Assembly (NCBI GenBank): GCA_963665735.1
Contig: OY762444.1
Location: forward strand, 2,025,828-2,089,827
Reading direction: 5' to 3'
DNA from: Dehalococcoidia bacterium
Lineage (GTDB): Bacteria; Chloroflexota; Dehalococcoidia; Lucifugimonadales; UBA3495
DNA: 64,000 bases
Numbering within the stretch: position 1 is the first letter of the stretch; every line of letters begins with the position of its first letter. Shown piece after piece: positions 49,198-59,735 of this stretch. The notes under the pieces were generated by a model, which worked only from the letters and a program-made list of their open reading frames with translations, was not told the origin of the DNA and did not search any database. The translations under genes were made by a program, and so were the position numbers.

Positions 49198-51204
49198 TTA
49201 CGCCAGCAGGGACAGGGCTTCTTGGACTACGCGCTGGGGGGTCAGGCGGAATTTTTCGTAGAGGACTTCGCCGGGGGCGGAGGCGCCGAAATGGGGGACG
49301 CCGACGGCCTTGCCTTCCAGTCCCACGTAACGCTCCCAGCCCAGGGGTGACGAGGCTTCGATGGATACCCGCGCTTTGATTTCCGGGGGCAGTACCCGAT
49401 GCCGGTACTCTTCGGGCTGAGAGTCGAACAGTCCCCAGGCGGGCAGGGAAACCACGCGGGCCGGGATTCCCTGGTCTTCCAGTTGCTGGCCGGCGTTCAG
49501 GGCGATGACGACTTCGGAGCCGCTGGCCAGCAGGATTACGGCGGGGTTGGGACCGGATTCCCACAGGACGTAGCCGCCCTTCTGGACGCCGGAGGCCGGG
49601 GCCAGGGCGGAACGGTCCAGCACGGGCAGGTTCTGGCGGCTGAGGGCCAGTGCGGTGGGGCCGTTCTTGCGGGACAAGGCTACTTTCCACGCCTCGACGG
49701 TTTCGGTGGCGTCGGCGGGGCGGATGACTTCCAGGTTGGGAATGGCGCGCAGTCCCAAAAGCTGCTCAATGGGCTGGTGGGTCGGGCCGTCCTGGCCCAA
49801 GCCGACGGAATCGTGGGTAAAGACATAGACCACGCGCTGGCCCATCAAAGCCCCCAGCCGGATGGCCGGGCGCATATAGTCGGAAAAGAGCAGGAAGGTG
49901 GCGGTGTAGGGAATGGCGCCGCCGTGGAGGGCGATGCCGTTGGCAACCGACCCCATTGCGTGTTCGCGGACGCCGAAATGGAAGTTGCGCCCGCCGTAGG
50001 CGCCGGGGCCGAAGTCTCCGGCGTCGCTCAGCAGGGTCTTGGTGGAGGGGGCCAAGTCTGCCGAGCCGCCCAACAGGGTTGGCACCTTGGCGGCAATAGC
50101 GTTCATCACGGCTCCCCCGGCGTCCCTGGTGGAAACGGACTGGCCGGCATCGGTGAAAAGCTGGCCCAGGCCCAAGTCCCAACCTTCGGGCAGTTCGCCG
50201 CGCAGTTCGGTTTGCAGCCGTTGGGCGTCGTCGGGGAAGGTTTTGGCGTAACGCTCCATCTGGTTTTCCCAGTCCACTTGCCAACGGCGGCCCCGTTCCA
50301 CGGCCTCGCGGAAATGGGCCACCGCCGCCTCCGGGGTGGCAAAGGGTTCGGGGTACAGCCAGCCCAGGTTCTGCTTGGTCAGTTGGGTTTCGTCGGGGCC
50401 GAGGGGTTCGCCGTGGACACCGCCGGTGCCGGCCTTGTTGGGGCTGCCGTGGCCGATGACGGTCTGGCAGATAATCAGGCTGGGGCGTTTGGTCTCTTTC
50501 TGGGCCTCGACGATGGCGGCGTCAATGTCGGACAGGCTGGTTCCCTGCACCGGGCCGATGACCTGCCAGCCGTAGGCTTCAAATCGCTGGCCCACGTTTT
50601 CCAGGAAGGCGATGTCGGTGTCGCCTTCGATGGATATGCCGTTGTCGTCGTAGAAGTAGATGAGCTTGCCCAGCCCCAGGGTGCCGGCCAGAGACGCGGC
50701 CTCGGCGGCCACGCCTTCCTGGAGGTCGCCGTCGGAAACGATAGCGTAGGTGCGGTGGTCAATGATTTCGTGGCTCTGGCGGTTGTAGCGTTGGGCCAGC
50801 CAACGCTCGGCGATGGCCATGCCGACGCCGTTGGCGAAACCCTGACCCAGCGGGCCGGTGGTCAACTCCACGCCGGAGGCCAGGTCGTACTCGGGATGGC
50901 CGGGGGTCTTGCTGCCCCACTGCCGGAAGTTTTTCAAGTCGTCCAGGGAGATTTCGTAGCCGGTCAGGTGGAGCAGGCTGTAAAGCAGGGCCGAGGCGTG
51001 GCCGTTGGACAGGATGAAACGGTCGCGGTTGGGCCAGGCCGGGTCGTTGGGGTTGTGTTTCAGGAACCTATCCCACAGGACGTAGGCCAGGGGGGCGTCG
51101 CCCATCGGCGCGCCGGGGTGGCCGGAGCGAGCCTGTTCCACGGCGTCCACCGCCAGAAACCGGATGGTGTTGATACAAAGCTCGTCCAGTTTAGCGTCTG
51201 ACAT
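49198..51204 (-). CDS. tkt: Transketolase
   Basis: SGHPG, GHPE, TGPLGQG, DGD.QEG, GVREH, THDS.G.G.DGPTHQP; start re-called at ATG 51204. Confidence 0.97.
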   Translation of the reverse strand: MSDAKLDELCINTIRFLAVDAVEQARSGHPGAPMGDAPLAYVLWDRFLKHNPNDPAWPNRDRFILSNGHASALLYSLLHLTGYEISLDDLKNFRQWGSKTPGHPEYDLASGVELTTGPLGQGFANGVGMAIAERWLAQRYNRQSHEIIDHRTYAIVSDGDLQEGVAAEAASLAGTLGLGKLIYFYDDNGISIEGDTDIAFLENVGQRFEAYGWQVIGPVQGTSLSDIDAAIVEAQKETKRPSLIICQTVIGHGSPNKAGTGGVHGEPLGPDETQLTKQNLGWLYPEPFATPEAAVAHFREAVERGRRWQVDWENQMERYAKTFPDDAQRLQTELRGELPEGWDLGLGQLFTDAGQSVSTRDAGGAVMNAIAAKVPTLLGGSADLAPSTKTLLSDAGDFGPGAYGGRNFHFGVREHAMGSVANGIALHGGAIPYTATFLLFSDYMRPAIRLGALMGQRVVYVFTHDSVGLGQDGPTHQPIEQLLGLRAIPNLEVIRPADATETVEAWKVALSRKNGPTALALSRQNLPVLDRSALAPASGVQKGGYVLWESGPNPAVILLASGSEVVIALNAGQQLEDQGIPARVVSLPAWGLFDSQPEEYRHRVLPPEIKARVSIEASSPLGWERYVGLEGKAVGVPHFGASAPGEVLYEKFRLTPQRVVQEALSLLA

Positions 51205-51526
51205 CCTGGCCCCCTGGGTACAAACTTGCCGCCCCGATTCGCTGATGCGCCCAACCTCCGGTACAATTATATAACTTAATTGCGATTTACCCAAATTGGG
51301 GCTGGTTGGGGGTTGAGGATTCCCGCTTTCGCGGGAATGACGGGTTGGGCGGGGGATGATTTTCCACCCAGGGGCGGGTTTTTCACACAGAGGCACAGAG
51401 TTCGCAGAGGATCGGGGAGTTTTTGGTGGGTGATGATGGTTTGGAGTCTTGGGGATTTCTGGATTCCGGCTTTCGCCGGAATGACGGGTTGGGGGATGCG
51501 GGCGATTTTGGGTTGGGGATTGGGGG

Positions 51527-52225
51527 TTAGTCGCGTTCCATGCTGGCTACTACGGTTTTTACGCCGGTCTGGAGGGTCTCAAAGACTTCGCGGACGCTGC
51601 GGCGGGCGTCCACCATCTCGAAGTTGTGGCGGCGGGCCAGGTCGCGAAATTCGTGAATGAGGTCGCTCTGGTACTGGATAAAGGTGTCGTAAAGGTCTCG
51701 GCCCCGCAGGTAGTCCTCTCCCGATTCCCAATGGTCCAGCTCCCGGTTGGCCAGCACCCGGGGCAGCAGGTCTTGTACGTCAATGTCGAGGAAAAACACC
51801 TGGTCGGGAACCAGGGCGAACTCGAAAACGTCGTCCAGCCAGCGGGCCGGCACGCCCCGGGCCCGGGCCCGGGCGATGATGGAGAAGATGTAGCGGTCAA
51901 CCAGGGCCACCTTGCCGGCCTGGAGGGCCGGGATGATGCTCTTTTCCAGCCTGTCCCAAAAGTCGGTGGCGTAGAAGAGGTTGAGGGTGATGGCGTCCAG
52001 GGTATGCCCCCGCATGGCCCGGTCAATGCCGTCGGCGGCCAGGTCGGAGCGGCGGAATCCGGTGTCCAGCACGGCGTAACCCTCGGTTTCCAGCCATTCT
52101 TTGAGCATGGCGATTTGCACGGAGCGGCCCACGCCGTCGGTGCCTTCGACGACGATTAGCCGGCCGGGCATGGGTTCCCAACTGGCGCCGGGGGGAGTGT
52201 GGCCGTAAAAGGTGGGGACTTTCAT
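51527..52225 (-). CDS. Thymidylate-kinase-fold protein B (P-loop Lys replaced by Arg)
   Basis: [19 protein letters not shown]....DRY; AGGAG RBS. Confidence 0.85.
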   Translation of the reverse strand: MKVPTFYGHTPPGASWEPMPGRLIVVEGTDGVGRSVQIAMLKEWLETEGYAVLDTGFRRSDLAADGIDRAMRGHTLDAITLNLFYATDFWDRLEKSIIPALQAGKVALVDRYIFSIIARARARGVPARWLDDVFEFALVPDQVFFLDIDVQDLLPRVLANRELDHWESGEDYLRGRDLYDTFIQYQSDLIHEFRDLARRHNFEMVDARRSVREVFETLQTGVKTVVASMERD

Positions 52226-52480
52226 TCCGGCTCTCCTGAAGGGGTTAGTAGTCTGTAACCATTGAATTGTTGGTTAATCCGGTTGCAAGCCGTCGGGCGG
52301 CCCGGCAAGGCAACTTGTCTCATTCCCTCCGCAGGGGTGCGGGCGGGTTTGAAACCCGCTCCTACGCCGGGAAACGGACCCCCACCCCAACCCTCCCCCT
52401 GGCCAGGGGGAGGGGGCTTTTGGATTGCGCCGGTATGACGGGTTTGTTGGGTTAGTCATAAATCAAACCGGAACAGCCAA

Positions 52481-53311
52481 CTAGCTGTCGGTTTCCAGCG
52501 GGTTGTCGGGGAGTTTCCGGGAACCGGGGGGGCGGATGTACCGCCCGGTAAGGCTGGCGCTGCTCAGGGCTTCGGTAAGGCTCTGGCCCTGAATGGTCAT
52601 GGTTCCGTCCAGCAGCGGCTCAACGTACTTCCGCACCATGCGCTGCTGGACGGCGATGGGCAAGGTGGCGTCAATGGTTATCAGCCCGTACTCTTCGGCC
52701 AGACTGTCGTACTCGTCCAGCAAGCGGCCCTGGAATACCCGGAAGGAATCGGCCCGGCTGGCGGCAAAGCCCATGTCCTGCCCCGACTCGTAGAAACCGA
52801 TTTCCTCCCGGCCCACGCTGATGCGGCGGATGGACTCTTCCAGCGGCACCTTGAAATAGAGGCCCAGGGAGGGCTGGACGGCGAAAGAGTAGATGCGGCG
52901 CAGCCAATCCCGGTCAACGCCGCGGGCGGCGTCGCGGGCAAAGGCGGTATAGACGTAGCGGTCGGCCAGCACGATGGTGCCGGCTTTCAGGGCGGGCATA
53001 ATCTGGGTATGGACGCGGCTGGCGAAGTCGGCGGCGTGAATCAGGCTGAAGGACATGGGGGTAAGCAGCCGGTTGTCCTTACCGCGCTTGGTGGTGCGCC
53101 GCACGATGGGGGAAGAGTTCCACTCGGTGAAAACCGTCACCAGGTTCAGGGTGCGGAGCCACTTTTCCAGCAGGTCAATCTGGGTGCTTTTGCCGGAGCC
53201 GTCAATGCCCTCGACGATGATTAGACGGCCGGGATACTCGCCGTCGTTGGGGTGTTCGCCAAAGCGCTCACCCATCGCGAAACTGGTTGGCTTGTTGCCG
53301 TTGTCGTTCAT
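52481..53311 (-). CDS. Thymidylate-kinase-fold protein A
   Basis: LIIVEGIDGSGKSTQ, TEWNSS, ADRY; start coupled to the ppx stop (TAATG). Confidence 0.88.
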   Translation of the reverse strand: MNDNGNKPTSFAMGERFGEHPNDGEYPGRLIIVEGIDGSGKSTQIDLLEKWLRTLNLVTVFTEWNSSPIVRRTTKRGKDNRLLTPMSFSLIHAADFASRVHTQIMPALKAGTIVLADRYVYTAFARDAARGVDRDWLRRIYSFAVQPSLGLYFKVPLEESIRRISVGREEIGFYESGQDMGFAASRADSFRVFQGRLLDEYDSLAEEYGLITIDATLPIAVQQRMVRKYVEPLLDGTMTIQGQSLTEALSSASLTGRYIRPPGSRKLPDNPLETDS

Positions 53312-54909
53312 TATTCGGCCCTCCCTATTTCCAGAGGTTCGTTGAACTCGCGCTCCCAGCGGTCGCGCACCTGGGGTTCGGCGGCCCGGGACCAGGCCGG
53401 GGTGGTGATGACCAGCCGCCCGTCGCGGCGGGCGATGGTGACGGATTCTTCCGGGCAGTTGGGGGGCAGCCGTCTTTCCAGTTCGTCGGCCAGCAGCAGG
53501 ACGGCGGCGGCCTGGCCCAAGCGTCGCTTGTCGCCGCCGGAAAGAACCTGGGACTGGCGGAATTGGCGGGGGAGGCGGCCCCGTTCCGCCACCAGCATGA
53601 CGCCGGCAATCTGGGCCGATTCCCGATGGGTGAATCCGGGCAAGTCGGAACGGACTACCACGGCGGCGGCGCGGTTGAGGCGGTTGTAGAAGTCCATTGC
53701 GCTGCCGATGTCCAGCAGCAGGGCGGCGCACTGGAGAGAGCCGGTCAAGCGGCGGTGACGGCCCCGCCAAGCCTGGGTTGCGATGCGGCGGGCAAAGGCG
53801 GCCCGGCGTCGGCCCCGCTGGGAAAACCGGGGGGCGAACCGGCTCAACAAGTCCATGAGTCCGGCGAACCGGACGCGGGAACGGCCCGGCAATGAATAGC
53901 GTCCGTTGGCCGGCAAGGGGTCGGATTGGCGGGCCAGCCCCTCGCGCAAGCCCTGGCCGGAAACCAGGATGCCGTTGGCGTCGGCGTGTTCCATGAGGGC
54001 CTGGGCGACGACGGCGCCGCCGACGACGGAATGGGCGCGGTCGGGGTTCATGCCGGACATTCCGAGGCGCTCGTCCCGGTCGGCTTGGGACAATTGGGCG
54101 GTCAGTTCCCCCAAGGGTTGGGCGTCAATGCGGTAGCCGTGCATCCGCAGGATGGGGTAGGGCCAGCGGCGGCGGTCGAGCTTGGACAGCAGACGAATGG
54201 AGCCTCCGGAGCCGATGAGGGTTCCCCGGGGCCGCAGCCGGGGGACTTCGGCATCGGCCAAAACGCTGCGGACGTGGCAGAAAGCGGCGGCCAGGTCTGC
54301 CGGGTCGGGGCGGTCGGTCAGCCGGAACATATTGGCGATGCGGAGGCTGCCCAGGGGGAGAGAGCAGACGTTTTCCAGAGAACGGTCGGCGAATTGCACC
54401 AGTTCGATGCTGCCGCCGCCGATGTCGGCCAGCAGGCCGTGGTCAACGGGGAGACCGTGGACGGCGCCGATGAAACAGTAAACGGCCTCTTCCTGGCCGC
54501 TGATGATGCGGAGGTTGACGCCATAGCGTTGGAAGGCGGCGGCGGTGATGGCGGAGACGTTGCCGGATTCGCGCAGGGCGGCGGTGCCAACGGCGTTGAT
54601 GGTCTCCACGCCGTAGCCGAGGCAGACCATTACGAAGTCCTCAATGGCGTCCAGGGTGTTGGCGACGCCGGCGGGGGAAAGATACCCGTCGGGGCCGACG
54701 TGACTCATCAAGTCCAGGTTCATGCTCTGCTGGGCGATGACTTCGATTCCGCCGCCGTCGTTGACGCGCATGACCACGGCGCGGGCCGAGCCGGAACCAA
54801 CGTCAATGACGGCGGTATAGCGTTCCCGGTCACGGTCGCCGTTCCAGGCGGGGGAGTAGGCGGGCCGGGCGGCCAGCAGGGCCGGGGCGTCGTCGTAACT
54901 GATGGTCAT
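53311..54909 (-). CDS. ppx: Ppx/GppA exopolyphosphatase family protein
   Basis: IDVGS, TAALRE, ISG.EEA, DIGGGS.E, SLPLG, GLREG; degenerate HD domain (LLLDIG). Confidence 0.88.
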   Translation of the reverse strand: MTISYDDAPALLAARPAYSPAWNGDRDRERYTAVIDVGSGSARAVVMRVNDGGGIEVIAQQSMNLDLMSHVGPDGYLSPAGVANTLDAIEDFVMVCLGYGVETINAVGTAALRESGNVSAITAAAFQRYGVNLRIISGQEEAVYCFIGAVHGLPVDHGLLADIGGGSIELVQFADRSLENVCSLPLGSLRIANMFRLTDRPDPADLAAAFCHVRSVLADAEVPRLRPRGTLIGSGGSIRLLSKLDRRRWPYPILRMHGYRIDAQPLGELTAQLSQADRDERLGMSGMNPDRAHSVVGGAVVAQALMEHADANGILVSGQGLREGLARQSDPLPANGRYSLPGRSRVRFAGLMDLLSRFAPRFSQRGRRRAAFARRIATQAWRGRHRRLTGSLQCAALLLDIGSAMDFYNRLNRAAAVVVRSDLPGFTHRESAQIAGVMLVAERGRLPRQFRQSQVLSGGDKRRLGQAAAVLLLADELERRLPPNCPEESVTIARRDGRLVITTPAWSRAAEPQVRDRWEREFNEPLEIGRAE

Positions 54910-55465
54910 GGGCGGCCCGGCCTCCGGTTAATCCGGTTCATAAAGGAATGTCCTTCCCGGTGGGTTGGGGCATCGCCGGGGATGCGGCGGTTGACAGATT
55001 GGGCGATGTGTCCACCCCAATGATAAGTTGGCGGGGTTTGTAGATGCAAGATTTTTTTGGGTGGTTCGCCATCACCCCGGCCCTATCCCCCGGAGAGGGC
55101 CGCACCCCCTCCCCAACCCTCCCCCTGGATAGGGGGAGGGGGTTTTGGGTTTTGCGCCAACGGCATCACCAAGGCCAGCGTCGGCTTTGGCTGGGATTTC
55201 TGGATTCCGGCTTTCGCCGGAATGACGGTTGGGGGTGGGGAGTTTTGGGGTAGGCGACGATGGTTTGGGATAAGGGTGTCAGGGCAACCACAAGGGTTGC
55301 CCCTACGTCACCGCCCGGCACGGAATTTTGACATTGGCTTTGGGGAGTTTTGGGGTGGTAGGAGCGCACGGCGGTGCGCCCCTACGTGGGAATGGCAATG
55401 GCCGTTAACCGTGGTAAGGCGCCGGCGGGGGAAGGTTTTCCGTCGGGGTTGGTGCGCGGGCGGCG

Positions 55466-55494
55466 TTGACACTTTTGGCATGGGACATTAGCAT
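55466..55494 (+). promoter_or_regulatory. Sigma70 promoter of the amino-acid ABC operon
   Basis: TTGACA-N17-TAGCAT. Confidence 0.65.
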
Positions 55495-55555
55495 AGAAGA
55501 TAGAGTGACGCTGTCACTATCCGAAGAAAATGGATTTGGAGGGACTGGTTTCGTT

Positions 55556-56725
55556 TTGAGCTTGCGAATTTTACTGGCAACGATACTCATTCTAGCCTTG
55601 GGTCTTATGGCCTGCTCCCAGGGGGACGACGCTGCTACGGAGGCCATGAGGTCGGAAAATGAGGCGATGAAGTCTCAGATAGCGTCCATGGAAGCCGAGA
55701 TGGAGGGCATGAAGTCCGACATGGCCAGCGGAATGGGCGCCGTGATGGAGGGCAACCGACTGGCAGCAGTCCGGGAGCGGGGCAAGGTTATCTGCGCCAG
55801 CCGGGACGACGTGCCGGGTTACGGCGCGTTGGACGCCGGCGGCAATAACGTCGGGTTTGACATTGACCTCTGCCGCGCCCTGGCCGCCGCAGTGCTGGGC
55901 GACCAGAACGCCATCGAAATCCGCCTGATTACCGCCGCCGAGCGGGGGCCGACCATCCAGTCGGGCGAGGTGGATATGCTGGTTCGCACCGTTACCTGGA
56001 CCACCTCGCGGGACGCCGGCTGGGGCAACTACGCCCAGACGATGTTCTACGACGGACAAGGGTTTATGGCGCGGAAGAGTCTGGGCGTCAACAGCGCGTT
56101 GGAGTTGACCGACGCCACCGTCTGCGTAACCCAAGGCACCACGACGGAGCTTAACCTGCAAGACTTTTCCAACCAGAACGGGCTGAACATCTCGCCGTTG
56201 ACCTTTGAGGACACCGACGCGGTGGTGGCGGCCTACGAAGGCGAGCAGTGCGACGCCTTTACCAACGACCGCTCCCAGTTGGCGGCCCTGGGTACGGCCC
56301 TTTCCAACCGGGCTGACCACGTGATTCTGCCGGAGACCATTTCCGAGGAACCCCTTGGCCCGGTGGTTCCCCACGGCGATGACCAGTGGTTCGACATCGT
56401 GAAGACGGTCATGGGCATCCTCATCTACGCGGAGGCTTACGGGGTAGGCCAGGGCAGCGTGCCGACCGCCGCTACCGGCGACAAGAAGGTTGACCGGCTC
56501 TTTGGCCTGGAAGGGGCCTTCGGACAGGAGGAACTGGGCCTCGGCAACACCGTTGCCCAGGACGTTGTCAAGGCCGTTGGCAACTACGGCGAGATTTACG
56601 ACCGCAACCTGGGACCCAGCGGCATTAACCTGCCGCGGGAAAACGGGCGCAACGCTCTGTGGGCCAACGCCCCTTGCTCCGACTGTCCCAAAGGCGGACA
56701 GATTTACTCGGCTCCGTTGCGGTAA
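55556..56725 (+). CDS. aapJ: General L-amino-acid ABC transporter substrate-binding lipoprotein (AapJ/BztA type)
   Basis: Lipobox LMAC; GFD.D.CRA.AAA, TWT.SRD, YDGQGF, GTTTE.N, S.EPLGP, VGNYGEIYDRN. Confidence 0.9.
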   Translation: MSLRILLATILILALGLMACSQGDDAATEAMRSENEAMKSQIASMEAEMEGMKSDMASGMGAVMEGNRLAAVRERGKVICASRDDVPGYGALDAGGNNVGFDIDLCRALAAAVLGDQNAIEIRLITAAERGPTIQSGEVDMLVRTVTWTTSRDAGWGNYAQTMFYDGQGFMARKSLGVNSALELTDATVCVTQGTTTELNLQDFSNQNGLNISPLTFEDTDAVVAAYEGEQCDAFTNDRSQLAALGTALSNRADHVILPETISEEPLGPVVPHGDDQWFDIVKTVMGILIYAEAYGVGQGSVPTAATGDKKVDRLFGLEGAFGQEELGLGNTVAQDVVKAVGNYGEIYDRNLGPSGINLPRENGRNALWANAPCSDCPKGGQIYSAPLR

Positions 56726-57077
56726 GTTACGGGCGCGCGGGATGCTGATGGGGACGGACGGGTTAACTGTCCGTCCCCATTTTGTTTGCGCCGCGTTGGG
56801 GGGCGACTTGGAAATGGCGGTTGGTTTTCCCGTTCGCCCTGAGCTTTCTCACCCAGGGCCGTCCGTTCATGGTTCGACAAGCTCACCACGAACGGACTCC
56901 CGGTTCACCCATCAGTCCAACGGTGGCGGACTACTGGAAAGGGCGCTCAAAAATCCCCTCCCCATCGCAAGGGGAGGATTAGGGCGGGTGTCAAACCCCG
57001 TTGCCGCACACCGTTTATAATGGGCTAGAGGTAAGAAATGCCGCCGGGGGTTGACGCCGGCGGCGGGGCTTTTTGAT

Positions 57078-58286
57078 ATGGCGGCTGTTCCACAACTGTT
57101 GACCTACCAGGGCATACCGTTTTGGCGGCACGTCCGGGTTATCCAGTGGGCCACGCAAGTAATTTCCGCCGTGGTGGTGGTGGCGCTGGTCGTCTGGTTT
57201 TTCACCAATATGGTCAACGCCATCCAGGACCGGGACATTCCCCACGGTTTCAGTTTCCTGTCCCGGGAATATCAGACGCCCATCGGGGAACACTTCCTGC
57301 CCTACGAGTCGTCGGACACATTCCTGTACGCCCTGGGCGTGGGCATCGTGAACACTGTGGTGGTTGCCGTTGCGGGGGTAATCCTGGCAACCCTGCTGGG
57401 CCTGTTCATCGGCGTGGCCCGGCTGTCCACCAACTGGATAGTGTCCAAGCTGGCGACGGTCTATATCGAGTTTTTCCGCAACGTGCCGCTGCTGGTGCAG
57501 TTGTTCTTCTGGTTCTACATCGTCCTGGCCCTGCCGACGATACGGGAAGGATACGTTATCGGCGGCCTGTTCTACGTCAACAACCGGGGAATCTCGCTGC
57601 CCTGGCCGCAGGCGTCCGATTACACGGTGGCCCTGGTCTGGCTGGGCGCGGCGATAGTCGCCCTGGGGGTGGGCCTGGCGGCTAACAAGCGGCTTTCCCG
57701 GAGGGAGGCACGGACGGGACTTCCTTCTTATCCCATTGTGGTTGGGGCCGGAGCCGCAATAATCATCGGCGGCGCCGCCTGGCTGGCTTTGAGCATTTTC
57801 ACCGGCGATTCGCCGTTCTTCATTTCGACGCCGGAGCCTCATGGCCGGTTCGGGAATATCGCGGGCGGTTTCACCGCCCGGTCGGGCTTGCTGGTGCTGC
57901 TGATTGGCCTGGTGATGTACACCGCCAGCTTTATCGCCGAAATCGTCCGGGCCGGAATCCAGTCGGTAGGACGGGGACAGACCGAGGCGGCGCGGGCCTT
58001 GGGACTGTCGCCAATGAAAACCCTGCGCAGCGTCACGTTCCCCCAGGCTTTGCGGGTCATCGTTCCGCCCCTGATAAGCCAATTCCTGAATCTGACCAAG
58101 AACAGCAGTTTGGGCGGCGCGGTGGCGTACAGCGACCTGACCAGCATAGCAGTGACCATGACCCAGACCGCGCCGGCGGTTTCCATATTCATGTTAATCA
58201 TGGCGGCGTACCTGGCCATGAGCTTAACCTGGTCGTTGATTGGCAACCTGTATAACCGCTACATCCAATACGGCAGAAGGAATTGA
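57078..58286 (+). CDS. aapQ: Amino-acid ABC permease (AapQ type)
   Basis: GF.FL, ARLS.NW, FRNVPLL, AEIVRAGI..V..GQ.EAA, LNLTKNSSL. Confidence 0.9.
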   Translation: MAAVPQLLTYQGIPFWRHVRVIQWATQVISAVVVVALVVWFFTNMVNAIQDRDIPHGFSFLSREYQTPIGEHFLPYESSDTFLYALGVGIVNTVVVAVAGVILATLLGLFIGVARLSTNWIVSKLATVYIEFFRNVPLLVQLFFWFYIVLALPTIREGYVIGGLFYVNNRGISLPWPQASDYTVALVWLGAAIVALGVGLAANKRLSRREARTGLPSYPIVVGAGAAIIIGGAAWLALSIFTGDSPFFISTPEPHGRFGNIAGGFTARSGLLVLLIGLVMYTASFIAEIVRAGIQSVGRGQTEAARALGLSPMKTLRSVTFPQALRVIVPPLISQFLNLTKNSSLGGAVAYSDLTSIAVTMTQTAPAVSIFMLIMAAYLAMSLTWSLIGNLYNRYIQYGRRN

Positions 58287-59533
58287 TGGCCGCGCCCGCT
58301 ACTCAGGCCCGGGAGACTCCGCTGCCGCCCCGTTCCGAGGTGGGTGTAATCGGCTGGCTGCACGCCAACCTTTTCAGCACCTGGTACAACACGGTTCTAA
58401 CGGTTATTTCCGTTACCCTCCTGGTACTGGCCCTGTGGTTCGGCTTGAAGTGGGTTTTCGCCGACGCCGATTGGACGGTAATCGTGGAACTGGGCGGGCG
58501 TTTCGTGTTGGGCCGGTACAACACCGAGGCCGCCTGCGCCGGGCAAAACTGTTTCTGGCGGCCCCAGGCTGCCCTGCTGCTGGTCGTCGTGGTGCTGGGC
58601 GCGGCCTGGGGGCTGCGGGGCAACCCGACGGCTCGGAACGTGGCCCTGCTGGTGGCCGGAGTTTCCGCAGCCTTCGCCTTTCTGCCGTACAGCCTGGAAA
58701 CGATGGGCTGGGACGTGCGGCTTTTGCTGCTGGCCAACCTGCCGGCCCTGGCCGTGGGTTGGGCCTTGGCCCGCTACACTCCCCTGGGCACCGGGATGCG
58801 GATAGCCTTAATGGGCGTGGGGGCGTTCTTCCTGACCTTGATTTTGATGCGCGGCGTGGCGGGTGTGCCGGGACTCCAGCCGGTTTCGGTGATTTACTGG
58901 GGCGGGCTGACGCTGAACCTGATTCTGGCCGTGGGCGGCATTACGCTGAGCCTGCCCATCGGAATCGCGCTGGCCCTGGGACGGCGCAGCAACCTGCCGG
59001 TGGTAAAAGTCCTGTGCGTGGCGTTTATCGAGTTGTTCCGTGGGGTGCCGCTGATTACCCTGCTGTTCATGTCCCAAGTGCTGGTGCCGCTGGCGTTCCC
59101 GGAGGATATGCCGCAAAACTCGCTGTTCCGCGCCGCCGTGGTCATTACCCTGTTCAGTTCGGCTTACATGGCGGAGAACATACGGGGGGGACTGCAAGCC
59201 CTGCATCTGGGGCAGGCCGAGGCGGCGCGGGCTTTGGGACTGGCCGGCTGGCAAACCACGCTGCTGATTACGCTGCCCCAAGCTGTCCGCAACGTGATTC
59301 CCGCCATCGTGGGACAGTTCATCAGCCTGTTCAAAGATACGACCCTGGTATATATCATAGGGATGCAGGATGTTTTGACCATCGGACGTTCTTTCATCCA
59401 GAGCAACCCGGAGTATCTGCCCAACGCTCCGGAATTGTTTGTATTCGTTGCGGTGGTTTTCTGGATTTTCACCTATACCATGTCCCACGTCAGCCGGCGG
59501 ATTGAGGACACGCTGGGCGTGGGGCAGCGCTAG
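58286..59533 (+). CDS. aapM: Amino-acid ABC permease (AapM type)
   Basis: W...NLFS, WGGL.L, LALGRRS, RGVPLIT, AE..RGGLQA, LFKDTTL. Confidence 0.9.
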   Translation: MAAPATQARETPLPPRSEVGVIGWLHANLFSTWYNTVLTVISVTLLVLALWFGLKWVFADADWTVIVELGGRFVLGRYNTEAACAGQNCFWRPQAALLLVVVVLGAAWGLRGNPTARNVALLVAGVSAAFAFLPYSLETMGWDVRLLLLANLPALAVGWALARYTPLGTGMRIALMGVGAFFLTLILMRGVAGVPGLQPVSVIYWGGLTLNLILAVGGITLSLPIGIALALGRRSNLPVVKVLCVAFIELFRGVPLITLLFMSQVLVPLAFPEDMPQNSLFRAAVVITLFSSAYMAENIRGGLQALHLGQAEAARALGLAGWQTTLLITLPQAVRNVIPAIVGQFISLFKDTTLVYIIGMQDVLTIGRSFIQSNPEYLPNAPELFVFVAVVFWIFTYTMSHVSRRIEDTLGVGQR

Positions 59534-59735
59534 CAAAGCAGCTTGTTGAACTGGCGTAGGGTTAAAGATTTGTCGTCATTCCGGCGAAAGCCGGAATCCA
59601 GAAAGTCCAGGCATGGAACGCCCTTGAGGGCAAGGATTCCTGGATACCGGCCTGCGCCGGTATGACGGGTTTTCCGGGCCGTCATCAATGCAGCGGTGGC
59701 GGCTTCTTAGCCGAAACCAATACGGGAGTTACAGC

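Noticed and set aside
52481-53770. 429 aa version of TMK-like A
   Set aside because: The first ~150 codons overlap ppx out of frame; the coupled ATG at 53311 is the better start
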